Assembly: GCA_947629075.1 (NCBI GenBank)
Contig: CANRCI010000002.1
Location: 1 to 38,369, forward strand
Direction of reading: 5' to 3'
Origin: an uncultured Bacilli bacterium
GTDB lineage: Bacteria > Bacillota_I > Bacilli_A > RF39 > UBA660
DNA length: 38,369 nt
This document shows positions 1 through 10,067 of the stretch, in pieces. Within the stretch, counting starts at the first letter, position 1. Every line of letters begins with the position of its first letter. The notes under the pieces were generated by a model. It worked only from the letters and a program-made list of their open reading frames with translations, was not told the origin of the DNA and did not search any database. The position numbers were made by a program, and so were the translations under genes.

Positions 1-522
1 CTAAAATTTAATGAAGTAACAACTGGTGCTCATAATGATTTTGAAAAAGCGACAAAGATAGCTCGTGCTATGGTTACAGAATACGGTATGAGTGATTTAG
101 GACCAATTCAGCTTGAACAACAAGAAAGTGGAGTATTCTTAGGAAGAGATTACAATAAGAGCAAGAACTTCTCTAATGAAGTAGCTCATGAAATAGATAC
201 AGAAGTTAGAAAAATAATCAATGAATGTTATGATCGCGCTAAGAAAATTCTTAAAGAAAATCAAGAACTTGTCAAATTAATCGCTGATGCTCTAATGGAA
301 AATGAAACTTTAACAAAAGAACAAATTGACTACTTAGTTGAACATGGTAAGATGCCTGAAAGCGATTCTTTGGATGACTACAATTTAAATGAATTAAAAA
401 CTCGTGCTAAAATCCAAGGTATTAAAGGTTACACTAAAATGAGTAAAGACGAATTAGTTAAAGCTTTGGAGAATCAGGAAGAAGAAGCTGAAGATATAAT
501 TGATAGTGAAGAAGAGGATTAA
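1..522 (+). CDS. ftsH: ATP-dependent zinc metalloprotease FtsH, C-terminal fragment (5' end outside window)
   Basis: Frame 1 is open from nt 1: LKFNEVTTGAHNDFEKATKIARAMVTEYGMSDLGPI..., the conserved FtsH protease-domain C-terminal region. Acidic tail, TAA at 520-522, then a hairpin terminator. Confidence 0.9.
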   Translation, partial: LKFNEVTTGAHNDFEKATKIARAMVTEYGMSDLGPIQLEQQESGVFLGRDYNKSKNFSNEVAHEIDTEVRKIINECYDRAKKILKENQELVKLIADALMENETLTKEQIDYLVEHGKMPESDSLDDYNLNELKTRAKIQGIKGYTKMSKDELVKALENQEEEAEDIIDSEEED

Positions 523-533
523 TCCTCTTTTTT
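512..533 (+). terminator. Intrinsic terminator after ftsH
   Basis: AAGAGGA-TTAA-TCCTCTT stem-loop spanning the stop codon, followed by a T-run. Confidence 0.75.
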
Positions 534-621
534 GTTTACAGTTTTACAAAATAAAATGTTGATTTTTGTTGCTTTTTAGTAAATTTTCTTATTAAAATGT
601 AATATATAGTAGGTGGTTTGT

Positions 622-906
622 ATGAATGATAAAAAAACTATTAGAGAACAGACAATTGAAAAAATAAATAATGATAAAGATATTGCTAATTATGTCTCTC
701 GACTTGTTAGTAATTTACAGTTATTGGTGGCGTTTATCATCATTTATTGTTTAGGAGATATCGTCTCTAATTATATGTCTTATAAATTTAATATCTTTGA
801 TGTCGTTGTCGATGCTGTAGTAATTTTATTAGTTATAGTATTAGCAGTATTTGCTTTGCGAGGAAGTACTAAGATAAAGAGACAAAAAAACTCTAATAAA
901 AAATAA
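622..906 (+). CDS. Small hypothetical membrane protein (two hydrophobic segments)
   Basis: ATG at 622 lies 5 nt after AGGTGG (611-616); the track's GTG at 613 lies inside the RBS. Hydrophobic stretches LLVAFIIIYCLG and VVDAVVILLVIVLAVFAL. Own terminator downstream. No recognisable family. Confidence 0.5.
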   Translation: MNDKKTIREQTIEKINNDKDIANYVSRLVSNLQLLVAFIIIYCLGDIVSNYMSYKFNIFDVVVDAVVILLVIVLAVFALRGSTKIKRQKNSNKK

Positions 907-911
907 TTGTT

Positions 912-937
912 AAAACAATCGAATGATTGTTTTTTTC
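912..937 (+). terminator. Intrinsic terminator
   Basis: AAAACAATC-GAAT-GATTGTTTT perfect 9-bp stem plus T-run. Confidence 0.8.
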
Positions 938-966
938 TTGTTAAAAAAAGTATATTGCTGTATAAT
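938..966 (+). promoter_or_regulatory. Sigma-A-type promoter for dusB operon
   Basis: TTGTTA (938-943), 17-nt spacer, TATAAT (961-966), directly after the terminator. Confidence 0.6.
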
Positions 967-996
967 ATGAGTGCTTTAAATGTTAGGTGTGATACT

Positions 997-1998
997 ATGG
1001 AATGGCAAATAGGTAATGTTAAAATAAAAAATAGAGTTGTTTTAGCTCCCATGGCTGGTATAGGTAATTCTAGTTTTCGTCGTATTGTTAAAGAAATGGG
1101 ATGTGGTCTTATCTATGCTGAAATGGTCAGTGATAAAGCTGTTTTTTACAACAATAAAAAAACGTTAGATATGCTTAAGATGACTGATTTTGAGCGACCT
1201 ATCGCGCAACAGATTTTTGGAAATGATGTTGAATCATTTGTAGCTGCAGCTAAATACATAGAAGAAGTTATGAAGCCGGATATCATCGATATCAATATGG
1301 GGTGTCCTGTACCAAAAGTTGCTCTTCGTGCTCAAGCAGGAGCCTCACTTCTAAAAAATCCCGACAAAATCTATGAAATAGTAAGCGCGGTAGTTAAAGC
1401 TGTTAAAGTTCCAGTAACAGTTAAAATTAGAAGTGGTTGGGATAAGAATTCGATTAATGCCGTGGAAGTAGCTAAAATTTGTGAAAAAGCTGGAGCTAGT
1501 GCCATTTGTGTTCATGGACGTACTAGAAGTCAAGGATATAGTGGCCAAGCTGATTGGTCCATTATCAAAAAAGTTAAAGATAGCGTTAATATTCCAGTAA
1601 TCGGTAATGGCGATGTCAAAGATTGCCTTTCAGCTAAAAAGATGCTCGATGAAACTGGGGTTGATGCTGTCATGATTGGTCGTGCAGCTCTTGGTAATCC
1701 ATGGATTTTTAAACAGGTTGACGAATATTTAAAAAGTGGCAAAATTATTCCCGGACCAACGCCAATCGAAAGAGTTGAAATGTGTTTAAAACATTTAAAT
1801 TATTTATTAGAAATAAAAGATGAACGAGTAGTTCGCCTAGAAATTAGGAATCATGTAGCGTGGTATTTAAAGGGATTGAAATCTTCTAATGAAATTAAAA
1901 ATAAAATCTATCAAACTAATTCAATTAATGATATAATTTTTATATTGAATAATTATAAGAAAGAATTGGAGAGTTGTTATGAGAACAGTAGCGATTAA
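997..1998 (+). CDS. dusB: tRNA-dihydrouridine synthase B
   Basis: MEWQIGNVKIKNRVVLAPMAGIGNSSFRRI..., IDINMGCP, HGRTRSQ, GNGD and MIGRAALGNPWIF are Dus-family hallmarks. I start at ATG 997 (AGGTG 8 nt upstream) because the track's start at 907 lies inside the terminator/promoter. Confidence 0.9.
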   Translation: MEWQIGNVKIKNRVVLAPMAGIGNSSFRRIVKEMGCGLIYAEMVSDKAVFYNNKKTLDMLKMTDFERPIAQQIFGNDVESFVAAAKYIEEVMKPDIIDINMGCPVPKVALRAQAGASLLKNPDKIYEIVSAVVKAVKVPVTVKIRSGWDKNSINAVEVAKICEKAGASAICVHGRTRSQGYSGQADWSIIKKVKDSVNIPVIGNGDVKDCLSAKKMLDETGVDAVMIGRAALGNPWIFKQVDEYLKSGKIIPGPTPIERVEMCLKHLNYLLEIKDERVVRLEIRNHVAWYLKGLKSSNEIKNKIYQTNSINDIIFILNNYKKELESCYENSSD

Positions 1999-2686
1999 AA
2001 GAGTAGGAGCTTTTTTAGTAGATGTTTTTATCATTTTTATGTTGTGTAGCTTGGTAGTTGCCATTTTACCGATTGATAGTAATCATGTAATGGATATTGC
2101 TAAAGAACTTTCAGATAAAACGTCGGACTTTTACGATAATAAAATAACAGCGGAGGAATACTCTGATCAGACAGAGGATTTGTCTTACGATTTAAGAAAA
2201 ACTATTAGTATTTCCCCATTTGTAACGATTTTTATGTATTTTCTTTACTTTGTCATATTTCAAAGTTATAATAATGGACAGACGCCTGGAAAGATGTTGT
2301 TTAAAATAAGAATTACAAAAGAAGATGGCCAAAATGCCGGCTTTATAAGTTGCTTTATTAGAAGTGGTATACTATATGGATTATTTACTAATTTGATGGC
2401 TGCTATATCGTTCTATATGTTTAATAAAGATAAGTTTTTAAGTGTTAGTAACACGCTTACTTATGCCCAAATCTTATTGTTTGTTGCTTGTGTAATAGGT
2501 ATTATTCTTCCATCTAAAAAAGGAATTCATGATATTGCTGGAGGAACGATAGTAGTAGATGATATCAATGATTTGGAAGACGCTAATTATGAAGTGTGGG
2601 GAAAAGAAACAAAACAGGCTAAAGATAAAGCAACTGTAATGAAAAATAAACATACAACTAAGACAGAAGGGAGAAAAAAGAGATGA
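1979..2686 (+). CDS. RDD family membrane protein
   Basis: N-terminal R..VGAFLVDVFIIFML, central GQTPGKMLFKIRI and C-terminal GIHDIAGGTIVV fit the RDD domain pattern. Overlaps dusB by 20 nt and lysS by ATGA. Confidence 0.75.
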   Translation: MRTVAIKRVGAFLVDVFIIFMLCSLVVAILPIDSNHVMDIAKELSDKTSDFYDNKITAEEYSDQTEDLSYDLRKTISISPFVTIFMYFLYFVIFQSYNNGQTPGKMLFKIRITKEDGQNAGFISCFIRSGILYGLFTNLMAAISFYMFNKDKFLSVSNTLTYAQILLFVACVIGIILPSKKGIHDIAGGTIVVDDINDLEDANYEVWGKETKQAKDKATVMKNKHTTKTEGRKKR

Positions 2687-4161
2687 ATGAGTTTACAGAA
2701 CAAGAACAAGTAAGAAGAAATAAGGTCGAAGAGATTAGAAAGACTACTAATCCATATCCTGAAAGATATGAGGTCAATTACTCTTTAAAAGATGCTCATG
2801 AATTAGAGGATGGAACGACAAATGTTAGAGTAGCTGGTCGTATCGTTTTAATGCGTAAAATGGGAAAGATGAGCTTTTTGACAATTAGAGATATCGAAGG
2901 ATCTATTCAATTATCTGTTAAGATGGATATGGTCGGTGAAGAGAAATATAAATTCTTTAAAGAGAGCTTTGACATAGGTGATTTCATCGGATGTGAGGGT
3001 GAGGTATTTACTACTCATACTGGTGAAAAAACAATTCGTGTCAGCAGTTTTGAATTTTTAGGTAAAGCATTAAAACCACTTCCAGAAAAGTTCCATGGAT
3101 TGACTGATCCGGAGCTTTGTTATCGTGAACGCTATGTCGATTTAATCATGAATGAAGATACGAGAAAACGTTTTATTACCCGTATTAAGTTCATTCGTGA
3201 GCTTAGAAATTACCTAGATAATTTAGGCTATATGGAAATAGAAACACCAATTCTTAACAATAAAGCTAGTGGTGCTTCAGCTCGTCCATTTAAGTCACAT
3301 CACAACGCTCTAGATATGGATGTCTATTTGCGAATCGCACCAGAGACTTATTTAAAGAGAGCTGTAGTTGGAGGTTTCCCAAAAGTTTACGAAGTTTCTA
3401 GATGTTTTAGAAATGAAGGAATGGATGCTTCTCACTTACAAGATTTTACGATGGTTGAAGGTTACCAAGCATACTTCAATTATGAAGACAATATGAAGTT
3501 GATTCAAAATATGTTACAGACAATTATCATGAACATTTTTGGAACTTTAAAAATTCAATTTGGTGATAAAGAGATCGATATGAGTGGTGACTGGGGAAGA
3601 GTAAGTTTCCGTGAGGTTCTTATCAAATACGCTAATATCGATATCAAAGAATACAATACTAAAGAAAAGTTACTTGCGAAGATTTTAGAAGAAAAAATCG
3701 AAGTAGAAAGTGAAACACCACTTGAGAATTTGGGATTTGGTAATTTAGTTGATGTACTATACAAAAAAGTAGCTCGCCCACATATGCTTGGACCTGTTTA
3801 CTTAACTGAACATCCAACTAGTCTATCACCCCTTGCTCGTAGTAATGACGATAATCCAGAAATAAGTGATCGCTTCCAATTAGTTATCAATGGAGCAGAA
3901 ATTGTCAATGCTTATTCTGAGTTAGTAGATCCACAAGAACAAGAGAGAAGACTTTTAGAACAAGCTAAATTAAAAGCTGAAGGTGATGAAGAAGCAATGG
4001 ATATGGACTACAACTATATTCATGCGATGGAATATGGTATGCCTCCTATATCTGGTTGGGGTATGGGAATTGACCGTATCGTTCAACTTTTAACTAACAG
4101 TGAAAATGTTAAAGATGTAGTAATGTTCCCACTTATGAGACCATTAGATGATGAAAGATAA
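2683..4161 (+). CDS. lysS: Lysine--tRNA ligase (class II)
   Basis: 492 aa. OB-fold N-domain (VRVAGRIVLMRKMGKMSFLTIRD) and class II motifs (YLRIAPE, FRNEG, GMGIDR). RBS GAAGGGAG upstream. Confidence 0.95.
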   Translation: MNEFTEQEQVRRNKVEEIRKTTNPYPERYEVNYSLKDAHELEDGTTNVRVAGRIVLMRKMGKMSFLTIRDIEGSIQLSVKMDMVGEEKYKFFKESFDIGDFIGCEGEVFTTHTGEKTIRVSSFEFLGKALKPLPEKFHGLTDPELCYRERYVDLIMNEDTRKRFITRIKFIRELRNYLDNLGYMEIETPILNNKASGASARPFKSHHNALDMDVYLRIAPETYLKRAVVGGFPKVYEVSRCFRNEGMDASHLQDFTMVEGYQAYFNYEDNMKLIQNMLQTIIMNIFGTLKIQFGDKEIDMSGDWGRVSFREVLIKYANIDIKEYNTKEKLLAKILEEKIEVESETPLENLGFGNLVDVLYKKVARPHMLGPVYLTEHPTSLSPLARSNDDNPEISDRFQLVINGAEIVNAYSELVDPQEQERRLLEQAKLKAEGDEEAMDMDYNYIHAMEYGMPPISGWGMGIDRIVQLLTNSENVKDVVMFPLMRPLDDER

Positions 4162-4182
4162 GCACTTTTTAGTGCTTTTTTT
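4160..4182 (+). terminator. Intrinsic terminator after lysS
   Basis: AAGCACT-TTTT-AGTGCTT plus T-run. Confidence 0.8.
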
Positions 4183-4255
4183 CATCAAAATTTCATTTAA
4201 GTTACTATACTTAAAAAATATTTTGTTGTATAATGAGAATTGGGAGGGTTAAGAA

Positions 4256-5683
4256 ATGAAAAAAAATAATCTATTGAAAGTGATTGGATTAGTAATACTA
4301 CTTACTGTTGTACTAACTTGGATTATACCGACAAGTTATTACAGTAGTGGTGTAGTAGATAATGGTCTTAGCCAAGTTGGACTATTTGATTTGATGAGTT
4401 ACTTATCTAATCCACAGACTTCTGTGTTAGTGTTCTTCGGTTATATTTCAGTGTTCATTTTAGCAATTGGTGGTTTCTATGGTGTTTTACACAAAACCAA
4501 TTCTTACCGCGTTTTGTTAGATAGAATAGTAAAGAAATATAAAGGAACAGAATGGATCTTCTTAACATTGAGTATAGTATTATTTGCCTTTATTAGTTCT
4601 GTTTCAGGATTAAATATTGCATTACTATTTGCATTTCCATTCGTTGCTACTGTAGTTCTTTATATGGGATATGACAAGATCACAGCTGCTTTAGTTACAG
4701 CTGGAGCAACAATTGTAGGTATGATTGGTACAACATACTCTGCAACCGTAAGTGAAGCATTAAATGAAGCTAGTGCTAGTACTTTAGCTTTATCTGTGTC
4801 TTCGCTAATTTGGGAAAAATTAGCTATTCTAGTTTTGTCAGTTGCGTTATTAGTATTCTTTGTAATCAAGTATTCTAATAAACATAAAACTGCAAAAGTT
4901 GATGAGGATAAGCTTATTCTTCCTACAACTAAAAATAAGAAAGCTAAAATTTGGCCATTAGTAGTAATCTTCGATTTAACTTTATTACTAATGATCTTAG
5001 GATTTATCTCTTGGGAAAGTTCTTTTGAAATAACTTGGTTTACAGAACTTGTTACTGATGGTATTCCTAACTTTAAGATTGGTGGATTTGCTATATTTAG
5101 TAAGTTACTTGGTAGTGCTCTTACTCCATTTGGATATTGGCAAATATATCATTTAATATTTATTGTATTAATTGCTAGTGTATTAGTTGCTCTATTCTCT
5201 AGAGTAAAATTAGATGATTTCATTGAAGGATTTGGTAAAGGAGCTCAAGTAGCTTTAAAACCTGCTTTCTTGACTTGTATCATTTATCTAGTATTATTTA
5301 TATCTGCTAATCATCCATTTGTATTGGGAATAGTTTCACCAATTTTGGATTTATTTAAGAATGCTGCTAGTGTATTCTCTGTTGGATTAGCTACAATAAT
5401 TTCTAGCTTATTCAGTGTTGAGTTATATTACAGTGCATCTACATTTGTACCATATTTAACTTCAGAAGTCATAACTAATAAAGATCTATATCCAGCTGTT
5501 GCATTGGTTATCCAATGTATGTATGGATTTAGTATGTTAGTAGTTCCTACTAGTGCAATATTAGTAGCAACACTTAGTTATTTAGGTATTTCTTATACTA
5601 AATGGATTAAATCTACTTGGAAGTTCCTACTAGGATTATTAGTTCTATTAGTAGTAGCACTTCTAATTGTTATGGTTATTTAG
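4256..5683 (+). CDS. YfcC-family polytopic membrane transporter
   Basis: 475 aa with many TM helices. ILAIGGFYGVL, MGYDKITAALVT and VVPTSAILVATL parallel the E. coli YfcC segments VIGGAFGIV, LGYDSITTVLVT and IYPTSASLMATL (from memory). RBS GGGAGGG upstream. Confidence 0.75.
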   Translation: MKKNNLLKVIGLVILLTVVLTWIIPTSYYSSGVVDNGLSQVGLFDLMSYLSNPQTSVLVFFGYISVFILAIGGFYGVLHKTNSYRVLLDRIVKKYKGTEWIFLTLSIVLFAFISSVSGLNIALLFAFPFVATVVLYMGYDKITAALVTAGATIVGMIGTTYSATVSEALNEASASTLALSVSSLIWEKLAILVLSVALLVFFVIKYSNKHKTAKVDEDKLILPTTKNKKAKIWPLVVIFDLTLLLMILGFISWESSFEITWFTELVTDGIPNFKIGGFAIFSKLLGSALTPFGYWQIYHLIFIVLIASVLVALFSRVKLDDFIEGFGKGAQVALKPAFLTCIIYLVLFISANHPFVLGIVSPILDLFKNAASVFSVGLATIISSLFSVELYYSASTFVPYLTSEVITNKDLYPAVALVIQCMYGFSMLVVPTSAILVATLSYLGISYTKWIKSTWKFLLGLLVLLVVALLIVMVI

Positions 5684-5690
5684 CAAAATT

Positions 5691-5712
5691 AAAGGCCGAA
5701 AGGTCTTTTTTT
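5691..5712 (+). terminator. Intrinsic terminator
   Basis: AAAGGCC-GAAA-GGTCTTT (one G-U pair, GNRA-type loop) plus T-run. Confidence 0.7.
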
Positions 5713-5771
5713 GTTTAAAAATTATACTTTGGGAACATAATTAACATATAATTATTTGAAAGGAGATTTCT

Positions 5772-8066
5772 ATGTTTTCAAAGTTTAGTGAAGATTGTAG
5801 AAAAGCATTACTTTTATCGAAGAAAGAAATGATGGATTTAAAACATCCATACATAGGTACTGAGCATTTCATTTTAGCAATTCTTTCTATGAAACGATTA
5901 AACGTTACTAAAAAATTAAATGATAACCAAATAACTTATGATAAATATAAAGAACTATTAATAGAGAAATTAGGTCTGGGTATTAGTGAAAGTGATAATT
6001 ATGTATACACGCCACTTTTTAAAGAAATTATTGAAAAAGTGATGGATAACAATCAATATCGTAAGAATTCCGAAATCAGAGTAGAAGATATATTGTCAGC
6101 TATTATTGAAGAAGGTGATGGGGTAGGAATTAGAATCCTTTTAGAATTTGATTTAGATATTGAAGAACTATATCAGAGTTTACTGATTAGAAAAAATAAG
6201 AAGAACGCTAAAAAGAGTTTGTTTTGTGAGGAGTTTGGAACTAATTTAAATCAAAAAGCTAAGAATGGAGAATTAGATCCGATTATTGGTCGTGATGAAG
6301 AAATAAATCAAATCATAAAAATATTGTGTCATCGCAATAAAAATAATCCCTTATTAATTGGTGAAGCTGGAGTTGGTAAGACTGCTATTGTTGAAGAATT
6401 AGCGCGAAGGATAGTAATGGGTGATGTACCTGGAAGACTGAGCAATAAAAAAATAATTTCTATATCGATGGCTTCATTAGTAGCTGGTACTAAATATCGT
6501 GGTGAGTTTGAAGAAAGAGTAAACAAGATATTAAAAGAATTAGAAAACGATTCCAGTTTGATAGTATTCATCGATGAAATTCACACATTAATCGGAGCCG
6601 GTGGCGCAGAAGGCGCTATCGATGCCTCTAACATTTTAAAACCAGCTTTATCACGAGGAAAAATAACTTTGATTGGAGCAACGACTACCTTAGAATACAA
6701 ACGAACTATTGAATCGGATAAAGCTCTGGCTAGAAGATTCCAAAGCGTTTTAATAAAAGAACCCAATAAAAATAAAACCCTAGACATTTTACTTTCAATA
6801 AAAGATCTCTATGAAGACTTTCACCATGTAAAAATACCTAATGAAATAATTGAGTATATCATCGATGTATCCGATCGTTATATTCATAATCGTTCATTTC
6901 CAGATAAAGCTATCGATATCTTAGATGAAGTATCATCATTTGCGGTCGTAAAGAAAAACAAAAATGAAGAGAATATTATCAACTTAAAAAGAGAATTGTT
7001 AAATATCCGAAACAAAAAGAGCGATAGCATTAGAAAGCAAAAATTTAATGAAGCATCTCTTTGGAAAAAAGAAGAAAAGAATATCGAAGATAAAATAAAT
7101 AAATTGCAACTGAAGAAAGAAAAGGGTAAAAATGTCTCGGTAGTAACCCGTGACATAGTCAATGAAGTAATTGAAAAGTATAGTAATATTAAAGTTTTCG
7201 ATGGTAATGTTTCAAAAAAATATTTTACTGATATGGAAAAAGACTTAAATAGAGAAGTAGTTGGTCAGAAAAGTTCGATCAATTCATTGTGTAAGTTTAA
7301 TAAAATAATTAAATATGGTTTAAAAAATGATAACAAACCACTCTCTATTCTCTTTGCAGGTCCCACTGGTGTTGGTAAGACGAAATTGGCTAAAGAGTTC
7401 GCTAAATATTATGGTAACAAATTCATAAGGCTGGATATGAGTGAATACCGCGATCAAGCCGCTATTAATAAGATTATCGGTTCACCACCTGGTTATGTCG
7501 GTTATTCTGATAAAAATACCGTTTTAGAAAAAATAAAAACCCATCCCTTTTCTGTTTTGTTACTAGATGAGATAGAAAAGGCTAGTAAGCAAGTCTTAAA
7601 TTTATTTCTACAAGTTTTGGATGAGGGATATCTCACTGATTCTGAAGGAGAAAAGGTATATTTCAACGATGTCATTATCATTATGACTTCTAATATCGGT
7701 TTTGATAGAAAAGCTCTAGGGTTCTCTTCTAGTGAAGATGAATACACCATTCAAAAACTGAGAGAATACTTCAATGTCGAATTCATCAATCGTATCGATA
7801 AAATTTTAGTTTTTAACTCTTTAAATGAAGAAGATATGAAAAAGATAATTACTAATAAATTAGAAACGATTAAAAATAAATATCGATACAAGTTTGATAA
7901 TATTGATTTTTCTACTAAACTGGTCCAAGAAATCATCGACTTAAGTGACTATAATACATTTGGGGCTAGACAATTAGATAAGATCATTTATGAGCGATTG
8001 GAAAACGTTTTGATCGATAATATCATCGATAATAATCGGGAAGTTAGAATAAAATCTATATGCTAA
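5772..8066 (+). CDS. clpC: ClpC-like class I Clp/Hsp100 AAA+ unfoldase
   Basis: Clp_N repeat (HPYIGTEHFILAIL). D1 has Walker A GEAGVGKTAIVEELA and Walker B IVFIDEIH. UVR-like linker (QKFNEASLWKKEE). D2 has Walker A GPTGVGKTKLAKE and Walker B LLLDEIEKA. A-LGF-S resembles a ClpP-docking loop. 764 aa is rather short for ClpC. Confidence 0.85.
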   Translation: MFSKFSEDCRKALLLSKKEMMDLKHPYIGTEHFILAILSMKRLNVTKKLNDNQITYDKYKELLIEKLGLGISESDNYVYTPLFKEIIEKVMDNNQYRKNSEIRVEDILSAIIEEGDGVGIRILLEFDLDIEELYQSLLIRKNKKNAKKSLFCEEFGTNLNQKAKNGELDPIIGRDEEINQIIKILCHRNKNNPLLIGEAGVGKTAIVEELARRIVMGDVPGRLSNKKIISISMASLVAGTKYRGEFEERVNKILKELENDSSLIVFIDEIHTLIGAGGAEGAIDASNILKPALSRGKITLIGATTTLEYKRTIESDKALARRFQSVLIKEPNKNKTLDILLSIKDLYEDFHHVKIPNEIIEYIIDVSDRYIHNRSFPDKAIDILDEVSSFAVVKKNKNEENIINLKRELLNIRNKKSDSIRKQKFNEASLWKKEEKNIEDKINKLQLKKEKGKNVSVVTRDIVNEVIEKYSNIKVFDGNVSKKYFTDMEKDLNREVVGQKSSINSLCKFNKIIKYGLKNDNKPLSILFAGPTGVGKTKLAKEFAKYYGNKFIRLDMSEYRDQAAINKIIGSPPGYVGYSDKNTVLEKIKTHPFSVLLLDEIEKASKQVLNLFLQVLDEGYLTDSEGEKVYFNDVIIIMTSNIGFDRKALGFSSSEDEYTIQKLREYFNVEFINRIDKILVFNSLNEEDMKKIITNKLETIKNKYRYKFDNIDFSTKLVQEIIDLSDYNTFGARQLDKIIYERLENVLIDNIIDNNREVRIKSIC

Positions 8067-8122
8067 TGTAGGTTTTTTTCTTTGGCTTAATATGTTATAA
8101 TTGACATAGTAGGAGGAGTTTT

Positions 8123-9209
8123 ATGGAGATAAATGATATAAAGCGAAAACTCAGTACTTATAGCAAGAGAATAGATGACTTATGGAGGTCACTTTGACAT
8201 CGATAAAAAGTTAGATGAAATAGACTCTTTAGAACGAGAGATGAACAATCCTACTTTTTGGGATGACCGTGAAAATAGTGACAAGGTCATCAACAAAATT
8301 AATGAATTAAAAAAAATGACCGAGACCATTTCGAAAGTACGTAAAGATGTTCAGGATACCACTGAACTTTTAGAAGTATTAGATGAATCCATGGTAGATG
8401 ATCTGAATAGAACTATTGAAGAATTTGATAAGACATTGGATGAGTTAGAGATAAATCTTTTGTTGGATGGTCCTTATGATAAAAACAATTGTATTGTCGA
8501 GATCCATTCTGGAGCTGGAGGAACCGAAGCTTGTGATTGGGCCAATATGCTGTATCGAATGTATCAGCGATACTGTGAACGTGTCGGTTATAAAATTGAA
8601 CTGTTAAACTATTTAGCAGGTGAGGAGACTGGAATAAAAAGTGTTTCTTTTTTAGTAAAGGGACTTAACAGTTATGGCTATCTAAAAGGTGAAAGTGGAA
8701 TCCATCGTTTGGTGCGACTTTCTCCATTTGACGCCAATAATCGTCGTCATACTTCTTTTGCCAGTGTTGAAGTCATTCCTGAATTTTCAAAGGATGTCGA
8801 AGTAAACATCGATGAAAAAGATTTAAAAATAGATGTTTATCGTTCCAGTGGTGCTGGCGGACAACACGTAAACACGACAGATAGTGCGGTGAGAATCACA
8901 CATTTGCCTACAAAAATTGTTGTCACGTGTCAAAATGGTCGCAGTCAAATTCAAAATAAAGAAGAAGCAATGCGTGTTTTAAAAAATAAATTATATCTTT
9001 TAGAATTAGAAAAGAAAGACAAAGAACTAAACAATATTCGCGGTGAAGTTAAGAACATTGATTTTGGAAGTCAAATTCGTAGTTACGTCATGCACCCATA
9101 TTCGATGGTCAAAGATCATCGCAATAACATCGAGACTTCAAACGTCAACAGAGTATTAGATGGTGATATCGATATGTTTATCGAAGGTTATTTAAAGATG
9201 CGAGGTTAA
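8123..9209 (+). CDS. prfB: Peptide chain release factor 2, made by programmed +1 frameshift: join(8123..8194,8196..9209)
   Basis: Frame 0 from ATG 8123 (AGGAGG at 8111-8116) reads MEINDIKRKLSTYSKRIDDLWRSL and hits TGA at 8195-8197. The +1 frame continues DIDKKLDE... with the SPF (RLSPFD) and GGQ (SGAGGQHVN) motifs. The track's ATG at 8175 is an artefact. Confidence 0.95.
8183..8198 (+). promoter_or_regulatory. RF2 autoregulatory +1 frameshift site
   Basis: TGGAGGTCA CTT TGA C: an internal SD-like GGAGG sits 3 nt before the slippery CTT-TGA-C. Confidence 0.9.
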
Positions 9210-9211
9210 TT

Positions 9212-10066
9212 ATGAGAAAAAAGAGTAAAAAGAAAAAAGAGATGAGTTTGTTTTTAAGAATTTTATATTTGTTAATTGGGCTATTTCTGTTTTCCCTTTC
9301 ATTCAATGTATTTATGGTGCCCAATTCTTTTGTAGCTGGTGGTGTCAGTGGTGTTGCGATTATCGCTAACTATCTTTTCGGATGGGATAATTCACTATTT
9401 ATTATGATCTGTTCAATTATCCTTCTATTTATCAGCTTTATATTCTTAGGAAAAGAAAAGACCATGGGATCTGTTTTAGGTTCACTTCTACTACCAGTGT
9501 TTGTCAATCTAACTTCTTATATATCAGTTTACTTACAAGTAGAAGAATCTCTTCTTTTAAGTGCCATATTTGCTGGAGTTCTAGCTGGTACTGGTTACGG
9601 TTTAGTATTCAAAGCTGGATTTACGACTGGTGGAACCGATATAATTAATCAGATCATTTCCAAGTATTTAAAGAAACCCCTTGGAACGGCCATGCTGATG
9701 TCTGATGGTTTAATCGTATTAAGTGGTGTATTCGTTTTTGGTATCTCTAAATTGATGTACGGAATCATCATTCTTTACATAATTAGTATTTTAACTGACA
9801 AAGTTGTTTTAGGAATAAGTGATTCTAAGGCTTTTTATATCGTTACGGATAAAGATCAAGAGATAAAAGATTACATCATCAATGAATTAGGTCATGGTGT
9901 TACGGTATTCCAAGCTAAGGGGGCTTACACTAAAGAAAAGCAAGATGTCTTATTCTGCGTCATTCCTACTAAAGAATATTTTGCCTTAAAAGAAGGTATT
10001 AGACTTATCGATAAAGATGCTTTCTTTGTTGTCAATGATTCTTACCAAGTAGTAGGTGGTGAATAG
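9212..10066 (+). CDS. YitT family membrane protein (DUF2179 C-terminal domain), paralog 1
   Basis: Five or six TM helices, GFTTGGTDII motif and a soluble C-terminal domain (KEYFALKEGIRLIDKDAFFVVNDSYQVVGG). Starts 2 nt after the prfB stop. Confidence 0.8.
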   Translation: MRKKSKKKKEMSLFLRILYLLIGLFLFSLSFNVFMVPNSFVAGGVSGVAIIANYLFGWDNSLFIMICSIILLFISFIFLGKEKTMGSVLGSLLLPVFVNLTSYISVYLQVEESLLLSAIFAGVLAGTGYGLVFKAGFTTGGTDIINQIISKYLKKPLGTAMLMSDGLIVLSGVFVFGISKLMYGIIILYIISILTDKVVLGISDSKAFYIVTDKDQEIKDYIINELGHGVTVFQAKGAYTKEKQDVLFCVIPTKEYFALKEGIRLIDKDAFFVVNDSYQVVGGE

Positions 10067-10067
10067 T

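Noticed and set aside
907-996. N-terminal extensions offered by the ORF track for dusB (907), P1 (19248), P2 (19965), peptidase B (23029), P3 (23622), YitT-2 (10056) and the small ORF (613)
   Set aside because: The extensions run through terminators, promoters, hairpins or the upstream gene's stop codon. In each case an internal ATG with a properly spaced SD gives a canonical N-terminus.
2600-2690. T-box or other leader upstream of lysS
   Set aside because: lysS overlaps the preceding RDD gene (ATGA), so there is no untranslated leader to hold a riboswitch.
5684-5771. CtsR operator (tandem GGTCAAA heptads) upstream of clpC
   Set aside because: No GGTCAAA-like direct repeat is present on either strand of the 88-nt leader, and no ctsR/mcsA/mcsB genes lie upstream.
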